From contig JACQGC010000005.1 of the NCBI GenBank assembly GCA_016199805.1, positions 6,019-70,018 of the forward strand: a stretch of 64,000 nucleotides of DNA. The letters run 5' to 3'. The notes under the pieces are model-generated. The model did no database searches. It was given only the letters and a program-made list of their open reading frames with translations, and had not been told where the DNA came from. Positions 1 through 7,895 of the stretch are shown here, in pieces (the first letter of the stretch is position 1; each line of letters opens with the position of its first letter). The DNA comes from Candidatus Nomurabacteria bacterium. GTDB lineage: Bacteria; Patescibacteriota; Minisyncoccia; Phycocordibacterales; UBA9973. The translations under genes and the position numbers were made by a program.

Positions 1-27
1 TCGGTTCGAATCCGAGAGGTGGCTCCA
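1..27 (+). tRNA. Partial tRNA, 3' end only. It shows a T-arm (GGTTCGAATCC), an acceptor 3' strand and an encoded CCA ending at 27. The 5' part lies outside the window.
   Basis: TCGGTTCGAATCCGAG matches a canonical T-stem/loop. It is followed by a 7-nt acceptor strand, a discriminator and CCA at 25-27. Confidence 0.5.
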
Positions 28-35
28 GAATTTAA

Positions 36-1754
36 TTAGTTGGAAATATCCTCCACTTTTTTTTCTACCACATCTTTTGCATCTTCAAGTTCTTCTTCAA
101 ATTCTTCCAGAAAAATAACTTCTTCGGAGGTAAGTTTTCTGGTAATTTGAGCTGTTTTTAACCGCGCGACGTGGGAGCTTATATCTTTTCGCAAAAGATC
201 AAAAGATTTATCGATCAAATGCTCTGTCTCTTTCGTTTTATCACGGAGACGGCGGATTAATCTTGAAAATTTATACCACGTAAAGATTCCCACGCCGATA
301 ACACCTCCGATGACCAATAGTATTAAAATGACTCCAGAAAAATAGTCCATAATAAAAGCAGCAACATCGGCTAGGAATTTTGATTTAACCACGATGGTCA
401 ATGGGTTTGTTTCTTTGCTTTTAGCTCCCCGCCCGTCAGTGACTTGAGCGGTAAAATTATATGCTCCCGGAGCAAACCTTTTTGTCACAATAATACTAAA
501 ATCTCCCAGAGAATTGGAGCGCGAAGATTCTTGGTGAATAATTTTTTTGTCTTGATAAAAGAAAACTTCTAGGTCTGAATCTGGATAGGTTGTCCCGCGA
601 ATTTTTACAATATCGTCAAAATTAATTTCTTCGGGGTAAGATGTTATTACAGGCACATCAATGGCTTCTATTGTAAAATCAGACGAGGCGGTGGTAGTGT
701 TGCCGACACGGTCAAATGCTGTCACCGTGACTACGTGCGACCCTGGGTTTTGTGGAGGCAGAGGATATGGGTTTGACAGAGCAATTGGTGCAGTCCGTTC
801 TGGTCCACCATCTCCTATTTTTACTTCGTAGTGACTTATACCCGACAAAGTATCCGTAGTGTCAAACAAAATTACCGGTTGCGGTTCAAGGCTATTTTTC
901 CCGTGAGGAAATGTGACAGAAAACGCTTTTGGAGGCGTCGTATCAATATTTACACGATAACGCGCAATTGCTCCCCAGCCGGAAGCGGTGTGTATCTGCA
1001 GACTAAAATAAGAAACACCATCGGCGACTTTATTAAATTTTTTATTGGAAATTGCCGGCATGCTGATGATAGCAGGTTTACTTGCCGGATTTTTACTGAT
1101 TCCCGTACGTATTTCGATAGATCCTTTCGGTAAAATCCAGAAAAATTCCGGATTATTATTCGCATACCACATTGATTGGTCTGAATGAGTCAGAGAGGTT
1201 ACAACAGGAGCATTCTTTTCTGAAGCTCCCAGAGTAGTATCTTTTTGTTCATTTAACGTAGAAGAATTTGAGGTTTGATTGCCAACATTAACAACGGCAA
1301 TTCCGAGATTGTTTAAAATATTCGTTCCGGTTCCATCATTTGCCAAAACCGATCCGGAAGAGAAACTCAAATTGGCCTGACCTATATTTTTTGTTTTGAA
1401 AGTTATGGAAAGAACCTTACCTTGCGCTCCGCTAAACCCTGGATTTAACACTATCCCTTCAAAGTTCACGGTTCCAAGACTGTTTGAAAAAGAAGGTTCT
1501 TCGGCCCAAAGAGATAAAACTGAACCTGTTTTTGAAATGGAAATTACCTGAAGCTTATCCCACGGGAAAGAAATAACACCTGAAACTGCATTCATGGATT
1601 GATCAGAACTCCCTACATATATATTTACAGAAAAAGTACTGCCGATAGCATAAGAATCTAATACCGGAGAAAAAGAAAGAGTCGCTGCCTTTGCAGAAAA
1701 AGGAATAAATGCCAAAAATAAAAAGAACAGAATTATTTTATATATTTTAGCCAT
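36..1754 (-). CDS. Secreted, membrane-anchored surface protein with an N-terminal cohesin-like domain. It has a C-terminal TM helix and a charged cytoplasmic tail.
   Basis: The N-terminal signal peptide is MAKIYKIILFFLFLAFIPFSAKA. A beta-rich segment (LSFSPVLDSYAIGSTFSVNIYVGSSDQSMNAVSGVISF...KLQVISISK) matches the cohesin pattern. A hydrophobic helix near the C-terminus is followed by an RR/K/E-rich tail. Confidence 0.55.
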   Translation of the reverse strand: MAKIYKIILFFLFLAFIPFSAKAATLSFSPVLDSYAIGSTFSVNIYVGSSDQSMNAVSGVISFPWDKLQVISISKTGSVLSLWAEEPSFSNSLGTVNFEGIVLNPGFSGAQGKVLSITFKTKNIGQANLSFSSGSVLANDGTGTNILNNLGIAVVNVGNQTSNSSTLNEQKDTTLGASEKNAPVVTSLTHSDQSMWYANNNPEFFWILPKGSIEIRTGISKNPASKPAIISMPAISNKKFNKVADGVSYFSLQIHTASGWGAIARYRVNIDTTPPKAFSVTFPHGKNSLEPQPVILFDTTDTLSGISHYEVKIGDGGPERTAPIALSNPYPLPPQNPGSHVVTVTAFDRVGNTTTASSDFTIEAIDVPVITSYPEEINFDDIVKIRGTTYPDSDLEVFFYQDKKIIHQESSRSNSLGDFSIIVTKRFAPGAYNFTAQVTDGRGAKSKETNPLTIVVKSKFLADVAAFIMDYFSGVILILLVIGGVIGVGIFTWYKFSRLIRRLRDKTKETEHLIDKSFDLLRKDISSHVARLKTAQITRKLTSEEVIFLEEFEEELEDAKDVVEKKVEDISN

Positions 1755-2608
1755 ATTTTTTTTATAAAAAGAATAAATATTATTACAGTAAGTATTATAG
1801 CAAAGATTACATAATTTTGATACAGAGTTTGCTTGTTTTGAGGTTCTAGGGTTTCAACTTTTTCGTTCCCGTTTTTGTCGACGGCTTTCACATAAATCTT
1901 TTGACTTAAGCTTTGATTCCGAAGTAAATACGGGCTTTTTGCCTCAACAAAAAATCCAAACCGCCCTTCCCTTACTTTGTAATAATTTACACCCGAAGAT
2001 TTGTCTTGGGTGGAAAAAACAAGAAAATATTTTCCGTTAAAAATTCCAGGGTCACTTGTGATTATCGGTGTAAAATCCTCCGGCATTTCTGTGTCCGGAA
2101 AAATAAACTTTGGCTTAAAACCATCGAGAGTGCCTTTGGAGGAAACAACAATCGGCAAAGATTCATTTTTGATTGGTGTACTGGTGCCCATGCCGTCACT
2201 TAAAAGAGATTGAAGGTCCGTCCCATAAATTATGCCGTTCCCTTCTCCCGTAGCTCTTAAAACGATTGAAAATAGAGCATTACGGGCTCCAGAAAATCCT
2301 CCAGGTGTAATACCTGCAAACCTTATAACGCCAGGTTTTGAGATATCTGGCTTTTCAAGCCAAAAATTTACAACAGAATTCCCGTCTCTTACTTCTTTTA
2401 TATCCACCAAGTCAATCGGAAAATTAATACTGCCTTCTATTGCGTTTATGGATTGCCCTTGTGTATCTACCTGCATAGAAATAATGAATTCTTCTCCCAA
2501 GGTAAACTGATTTCCTTTTGAGTCAAAAGATATTTCTGAAGCATAACTAGCAACAGGAATACACAACAGAATTACAGAGAGAATAAGTGTTTTTAAAAAA
2601 ATATTCAT
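1733..2608 (-). CDS. Second cohesin-like secreted protein with a C-terminal TM anchor. It is a paralogue of the upstream gene.
   Basis: It has a signal peptide. The motif ISFDSKGNQFTLGEEFIISMQVDTQGQSINAIEGSINFP...DIKEVRDGNSV parallels the cohesin-like block of the 36..1754 protein. A C-terminal hydrophobic helix is present. Confidence 0.55.
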   Translation of the reverse strand: MNIFLKTLILSVILLCIPVASYASEISFDSKGNQFTLGEEFIISMQVDTQGQSINAIEGSINFPIDLVDIKEVRDGNSVVNFWLEKPDISKPGVIRFAGITPGGFSGARNALFSIVLRATGEGNGIIYGTDLQSLLSDGMGTSTPIKNESLPIVVSSKGTLDGFKPKFIFPDTEMPEDFTPIITSDPGIFNGKYFLVFSTQDKSSGVNYYKVREGRFGFFVEAKSPYLLRNQSLSQKIYVKAVDKNGNEKVETLEPQNKQTLYQNYVIFAIILTVIIFILFIKKIWLKYIK

Positions 2609-2612
2609 TAAA

Positions 2613-3659
2613 TTATCCGGTCCAATTAAATGCCATAATGCTAAAATCTACCAAATCAACCTTTCCATCCCCGTTGATATCGGCCGACTTAGGTGGATTC
2701 GGACGTTTATACCAATATGCGGTAATAGAAAAATCAACCAAGTTAACTTTGTTGTCATTATTTATATCCGCTTTTGATACTACCTTTTCTGTTAATTCTT
2801 TAATAACGTTCTTTGCACCAACTGTAAAGCCAACCACCTTACCAAAAGAACTGATGTCTCCGCCCAGGGCGGCTTTTGATTTTGCACTATGCTGTCCCAT
2901 TTCAAGTTGAGAAGTGTCAAAATTAATTAAATATGTTCCGTTTGCATCGGTTGTTTTTTTTACAAAAAGTTCATTCTCGGAGTTTATGCTCACAGTAACT
3001 TCCGAAGAAGGAGTGCTTTGTCCAAAAATAGCAAGATTATCTCCTTGTTTTACTTCACTTTTATCAGTGGTAATGGTTGGTGCAATAAAAATCCCGCCCA
3101 CTTTTGTGGTTACACCCTCAGTAACACTCAAAGGAAAAGTAAGGAAGGAAGACCGAATACCTTTACTGTCTTCGGAATAGACGCTAAAAATATAACTTCC
3201 GCTGGAAAGGCCGGAAATCGTAACTTGAAAATTGGCATCTGTATCGGCGACCGTCATCGCCACGACTTGCGCATCTTTTAATAGAGTCACAGTACTTTTA
3301 GGATACGCCCTTCCCGTGAACACGACATTTGTATTTGGAATTGAAGATGGAGCATTATTGTTACCTCCGCCACCACCCCCTCCGCCGCCATTATTGATGA
3401 CAGGCGGAAAAATATTACAAATAGATGTGTTGAAAGTGCAAATAGAGGTACAAGAAAGCGACCCGCTTGCAAACCCACGAGAGAGACAAGAAGAACCCCC
3501 TAAGTTTATCCCGTCGCATTGTTCCCCTGCGTCAATAACATTATTGCCGCACCCTGGAACATTAGCTGTCACGGTGATAGTAAGAGCCGAAACCTTCGTT
3601 ATTTCCTTAAGAAAGAAAACGCTAAACGCAATTATAATAATTAAAATTATTGATCTCAT
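2613..3659 (-). CDS. Secreted dockerin-containing protein with a Cys-rich module, a poly-Gly linker and a C-terminal double dockerin repeat.
   Basis: It has a signal peptide. A Cys-rich segment reads CGNNVIDAGEQCDG...SC...C. A G9 run is present. The C-terminus carries two F-hand repeats, DINNDNKVNLVDFSITAYWY and DINGDGKVDLVDFSIMAFNW, which is a canonical dockerin. Confidence 0.65.
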   Translation of the reverse strand: MRSIILIIIIAFSVFFLKEITKVSALTITVTANVPGCGNNVIDAGEQCDGINLGGSSCLSRGFASGSLSCTSICTFNTSICNIFPPVINNGGGGGGGGGNNNAPSSIPNTNVVFTGRAYPKSTVTLLKDAQVVAMTVADTDANFQVTISGLSSGSYIFSVYSEDSKGIRSSFLTFPLSVTEGVTTKVGGIFIAPTITTDKSEVKQGDNLAIFGQSTPSSEVTVSINSENELFVKKTTDANGTYLINFDTSQLEMGQHSAKSKAALGGDISSFGKVVGFTVGAKNVIKELTEKVVSKADINNDNKVNLVDFSITAYWYKRPNPPKSADINGDGKVDLVDFSIMAFNWTG

Positions 3660-3665
3660 TCATTT

Positions 3666-4652
3666 TCATTGATGTTTTTTTGTTGCACTAGATACTATAA
3701 ATTTATTATATCGCTTTACAGACATAAAGATAAGTAACAAGGCAACAACAATCAGAATCAGGAGTTGCCATGGAATAATAAAAAAATTATAACTTGCGCT
3801 CCCTGTTTGATTTGTATTTCCCCATGTCAAATTAAGAACAGCGGTATACCAACCGAAACGAAAATTTTGCAATTGCTTCCAAGCTATTGTGAAAAATCCC
3901 GCAGTATCTTCTCCGTTTTGTGGAATTAATGACTCTCCCCAAATGACATCAAATTTCCTTATGCTATTTGGCAAGACGCTTCCCTCTTTTTTGTTTGCCG
4001 AAATTTTATCGGCGGTGAGTCTGATCATATTTTTGAAACTGATTTCACCCAAGGGAACAATACGGTCTCCGCCTGTATTGTTTAGGCGGTAAAAAAACGA
4101 AACAGGCAAACTGCTAAAAAATCTCTGTCCTCCATTGGTCATAAATTCATTCAATCCTCCCCCTTCTTTTATATCACCATTCACCCGAAGTAATACCAGA
4201 GCTCCGATTCTACCCCCGATTGATACTTCCCCGCCACTTTGTGTGTTTACAGGAGTAGTGCCAAAAAATATCGCGGCAAAATATCCTCCCGGTTCGGTAT
4301 TTTTTGGTATGGTAATAGAATATGGTATCAATTTATTTTCCCCTTTGCCAATCTGAACACTGGAAATAGATTTTATCCAAGTAGCCAAACCGTCTTTGGC
4401 ACCGACGAAATATGGCGCGCCGGAATCCCCCCTAGGTTCAAAATTTTCAAAAGAAGTAAAAAAGGTTTTATTGGAAGATTCCTCGTTGATGATTTCTATT
4501 TCCCCGGATAAGGTTTGCCCCGGGTCACCACTTAATTCTATTCTCGCCGGGGCTATGGTCAAAGCTCGCGCGTAATTTGAAACACCAAATAAAACAATCA
4601 GCACAGGAATAAAAAACAAAAGTGGATATTTTAATTTTATTTGTTTCTTCAT
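3666..4652 (-). CDS. Hypothetical secreted protein with an N-terminal signal/TM and a C-terminal TM helix.
   Basis: It is a long ORF with coherent coding statistics. It shows hydrophobic N- and C-terminal segments only. Confidence 0.5.
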   Translation of the reverse strand: MKKQIKLKYPLLFFIPVLIVLFGVSNYARALTIAPARIELSGDPGQTLSGEIEIINEESSNKTFFTSFENFEPRGDSGAPYFVGAKDGLATWIKSISSVQIGKGENKLIPYSITIPKNTEPGGYFAAIFFGTTPVNTQSGGEVSIGGRIGALVLLRVNGDIKEGGGLNEFMTNGGQRFFSSLPVSFFYRLNNTGGDRIVPLGEISFKNMIRLTADKISANKKEGSVLPNSIRKFDVIWGESLIPQNGEDTAGFFTIAWKQLQNFRFGWYTAVLNLTWGNTNQTGSASYNFFIIPWQLLILIVVALLLIFMSVKRYNKFIVSSATKKHQ

Positions 4653-4657
4653 ACTTA

Positions 4658-5689
4658 TTAGAAGTTTGCGACAGCAGTATAATTAAGCGCTGTGGCATAA
4701 GATCCGGCTTTTGTTAAAGCAGCCACACTTCCGAGATAGTGAGCAGAATAGGTAGTCGTAGCAGAAGGTGCAGAAGCTGAAGCAATCTGATTTGGAGAAC
4801 CGGCAACAAAAGCAAAACCACTGGCTGAGTATGGAGCGCTAACTGTCGCCGTACCACCTGCCGCATCATATCTGACACCAAATTGTTCTGTGCCTGTGGC
4901 GTAAGCAGTATTTGTAGCTCCGATAGCAGCTATTGTATTCGCACCATCCGTCAAAGTACTTCCATTCAATAAAAGAGTATAACCGCTGGTAGCATTTGTA
5001 CCGACTGCCAAAGTATGCGCCACCGTATCAGACCCGGAACCAAGTGTGTCTGATGTTGCGTATCTGGCAACCGTCGGAGAAAGCGAACCAAAGCCGATAC
5101 TGTTACCTGAAATACTGAAAGTGATGGATTGATCCACCGTCGCGCTAACTGCTACTTGGTCGTTGGACAGGATAGTGACAGATGTACTACCTGTGTCTCC
5201 AAAAGTGCCGGCAATGTTAATTGCGTATAAAGCAGGCGAAGCCGGGTTAATCATATTGGCAGAGGTAAGAGTAAGAATTACTTTGTTTCCCGCAACAATC
5301 AAACCTGTACCGCTCGATGGTGCAGTAAGAGTGAGAACTTGCGCTGCCACCGCTGCGCCCCAAGTGTTTGCTGCGTTTGTAGCGGCAATCGTAGCCGTAC
5401 TTTCTGTACCCAAAGTAGCACCGAATGTCATAAATATCGTTGAAAATGTCTTTCCTGTAAGGTTAAAACCAGCCGGAAAAGTTACGGTGATGGTATTACC
5501 AAAAGCAGTACCTGTGGGAGTGGTAAATTTTATAATGTGACTTGCGGCCGTACTAATTTTCAACGAAGACATTGTGTCCGACTTACTGGTAAGCGAGGCG
5601 GCATTAGCAACACGTGCTCCGCTGAATGAAACAACAACCAAGGCAATCATTAAAACGAGGCTCGCAATTCTTTTTACAAATAATTTCAT
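4658..5689 (-). CDS. Secreted Ala/Thr/Ser-rich beta-repeat protein, paralogue A. Its C-terminus ends with YTAVANF.
   Basis: The signal peptide is MKLFVKRIASLVLMIALVVVSFSGARVANA. The start was moved to the internal Met at 5689. The protein is homologous to the 5830..6861 protein, sharing an ISFSIS..GFG block and a YTA.ANF C-terminus. Confidence 0.55.
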   Translation of the reverse strand: MKLFVKRIASLVLMIALVVVSFSGARVANAASLTSKSDTMSSLKISTAASHIIKFTTPTGTAFGNTITVTFPAGFNLTGKTFSTIFMTFGATLGTESTATIAATNAANTWGAAVAAQVLTLTAPSSGTGLIVAGNKVILTLTSANMINPASPALYAINIAGTFGDTGSTSVTILSNDQVAVSATVDQSITFSISGNSIGFGSLSPTVARYATSDTLGSGSDTVAHTLAVGTNATSGYTLLLNGSTLTDGANTIAAIGATNTAYATGTEQFGVRYDAAGGTATVSAPYSASGFAFVAGSPNQIASASAPSATTTYSAHYLGSVAALTKAGSYATALNYTAVANF

Positions 5690-5745
5690 ATTATTTTCAC
5701 AAGTTATTAATAATAAACTAAGTTCATACAAAACGATATACCTAT

Positions 5746-5775
5746 ATTATACACGACTATTCTAAAATATCGTAA
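5746..5775 (-). promoter_or_regulatory. Candidate sigma70-type promoter (TTACGA-N18-TATAAT) for the 4658..5689 gene.
   Basis: On the minus strand, TATAAT sits at 5746-5751 and TTACGA at 5770-5775. They are 18 nt apart and about 55 nt upstream of the start codon. Confidence 0.3.
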
Positions 5776-5829
5776 TTTCCCGGGCACAACTGTGGATAAC
5801 TGTTTTTCATAAATATTTAATATTTCCAA

Positions 5830-6861
5830 CTAAAAATTAGCGGTAGCGGTATAGGTAATCACTCCTCCATAATTGCCGGCCGAAGTCATCGCGGCTATGT
5901 TTGCAAGATAATAAGCGTTGATGGTTTCAAGAGGTGTGGGATTGCTCTTGGTCACGATAAGCTGATTGGAACCAGTGGTGAATTTCCAATTTCTATTTGC
6001 GGGAACTACGTTATGGTCATAAGAGCTTGTAATGGTGGCACCGTTGTCGGCAGAAAAAGCCAGAGCAAATTGTTTAGTACTTGGTAATCCGTCCGGGTCA
6101 TTTGTAATAGTCGCTTCGGTAAGAACTTCTGGCCCCGCAAAAGCGGTACCATTGTATGAGATAGAATAGCCTGATGTTGCATTAGTAGAAACTTGTAAGC
6201 TGTTTCCACTCGCATCTGTGCTACTACCCGAAGTATCATTGGTTGCAAAACGGGCCCCCGATGGAGTGACGACACCAAAGCCGACAGTATTAGTGGAAAT
6301 GGAAAAAGAAATGACTTGAGGTATGGTAACCGTTTGTTCACTTGAAAGGGTAAGTAAATTGCTGTTATTATCCAATGTTCCAACTACAAAAAAATAATCT
6401 CCGGCACTCAAATTTGTATAAGTATAATTTAAACTAAGGCCAACCGGAGTATAAGCATAAGGACCACCTGAAACCGTAGCGATGCCAACCTTATAACTGG
6501 CTACATTGTAGCCGAGGCCCGCTGTCGTCGGCGTCCAAGTTAAATCTACATTGGAACCATTCAATATAGCCGAGAGTGTCCCCTTTGTAACATATGGATA
6601 ATACAAAAGACCGGACCGCTCTATAAAACTGGTCGAGGATGACTGTCCTGCGCCAAACAGATTTTCACTTGAATACAATTTGAAACTGCCGGAACTTTCA
6701 TATCCACCACCACCACTTACCACCGGATCCCTGATGATAAAACTGGGACTGGTCAAATCAGAAGCATGAATAAAATACATCGGCAAAAGAACACCCAGGG
6801 TTATAGAAAATATTATTTTTAATTTTTTATTTTTTATTTGCGGCATTGTATTTTTATTCAA
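5830..6861 (-). CDS. Secreted beta-repeat protein, paralogue B. Its C-terminus ends with YTATANF.
   Basis: It has a signal/TM segment. It is homologous to the 4658..5689 product throughout the C-terminal 200 aa. Confidence 0.55.
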   Translation of the reverse strand: MNKNTMPQIKNKKLKIIFSITLGVLLPMYFIHASDLTSPSFIIRDPVVSGGGGYESSGSFKLYSSENLFGAGQSSSTSFIERSGLLYYPYVTKGTLSAILNGSNVDLTWTPTTAGLGYNVASYKVGIATVSGGPYAYTPVGLSLNYTYTNLSAGDYFFVVGTLDNNSNLLTLSSEQTVTIPQVISFSISTNTVGFGVVTPSGARFATNDTSGSSTDASGNSLQVSTNATSGYSISYNGTAFAGPEVLTEATITNDPDGLPSTKQFALAFSADNGATITSSYDHNVVPANRNWKFTTGSNQLIVTKSNPTPLETINAYYLANIAAMTSAGNYGGVITYTATANF

Positions 6862-7882
6862 TCTTTCGTGAATCTACTTCTGCATAAACCATCTCGGAAA
6901 CATGGGCGATAATTTTTGCAAGCACGTTGAAATCTTGGCCCTTAGTCATCACACATAACAAATAAGGGTTGTTTGGATAATAAATGACTCCACAATCATG
7001 CAGTTCGTTTTCATGTCCCGTGGACTTGCCGTTTGAAACAAAATCCAACTCGCGCTCACCAAACTTGCCGGCCACTTTTATACCCTGCGGAACTCCGGCT
7101 TCCAATCCTTCCTTGAAAGAAGCCCTGCCTAAAAGGGTTAGAATCTTTTCAGAATTTTCTTTGGACAAAAATGAAGCGTTGTAGAGCAAACGAAACAACG
7201 ACGAATAAGATTGAGTAGAGAGGTCCCCTTTTGTTACATCCCCCGGAACAACCAAACCTAAGTCGCGAAAAGTATCAAAAATCAAATCTTCTTTGGGGTT
7301 TATTTTATATAGTTCGTTCACCAAAAGTTCATTAGCTGCATTGTCAGAGTATTCCAAAGTCCTAGCCACCAAATCATCTATAGTGTACGACTGCCCTACT
7401 ACTAGTTTCTTCGCTGGCGCAAAATCTTGGTTGCCAGACGGAATTTCTTGCGAATACAATATCTTACGCTGTAGCAAACTATCGTCTTGGTCAGCTAAAC
7501 GCAGAACCGTCATCACGGTCGGCAATTTAATCAAGCTTGCTGAAATAAAAAGTTTGTTGGAGTTGATTCCAAAAATCGGACCATTCTCCAAATCTCTAAA
7601 ATACACGCTGGCGTCTGATAAATTGCCTTTACTACTCTCCTCGTTTAGATATGTACCGACACTGTTTTGCAGACTTAAATAAGCAACCTTTCTGATGACC
7701 GGTTTATCTTGGCAAGCCAGGCGAGGGTTAAGATAGTGATAATAATTGCTGTAACAATTGAAATTTTGATTATTAAGATAAAAAGAAATAAAATAACCGA
7801 TGACTAAACCGGTAATTAAAAAAAATGCCATTAGCCTGGAATTAGAAATATTTTTAATTTTATTCAACATTAAATTCTTCAT
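6854..7882 (-). CDS. Membrane-anchored serine hydrolase of the class A beta-lactamase / PBP-like family.
   Basis: It has an N-terminal TM. It carries an SxxK motif (SASLIK), an SDN motif (YSDNAAN) and a K(T/S)G-like motif (AGKFG). Confidence 0.5.
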   Translation of the reverse strand: MKNLMLNKIKNISNSRLMAFFLITGLVIGYFISFYLNNQNFNCYSNYYHYLNPRLACQDKPVIRKVAYLSLQNSVGTYLNEESSKGNLSDASVYFRDLENGPIFGINSNKLFISASLIKLPTVMTVLRLADQDDSLLQRKILYSQEIPSGNQDFAPAKKLVVGQSYTIDDLVARTLEYSDNAANELLVNELYKINPKEDLIFDTFRDLGLVVPGDVTKGDLSTQSYSSLFRLLYNASFLSKENSEKILTLLGRASFKEGLEAGVPQGIKVAGKFGERELDFVSNGKSTGHENELHDCGVIYYPNNPYLLCVMTKGQDFNVLAKIIAHVSEMVYAEVDSRKIE

Positions 7883-7895
7883 ATATTATCTAAAA

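Noticed and set aside
3232-3672. Plus-strand ORF with a PPPPPPPPPP run, and the poly-Gly codon run in the dockerin gene, considered as a possible CRISPR or low-complexity repeat array.
   Set aside because: This is a single homopolymeric codon tract (G9) within the dockerin protein linker. There are no repeat-spacer periodicity and no cas genes. It is not a CRISPR.
5163-5540. 125-aa plus-strand ORF within the 4658..5689 gene.
   Set aside because: It is antisense to a signal-peptide-bearing, paralogue-supported CDS. The Ala/Val-rich translation is a by-product of GC-rich codons on the other strand.
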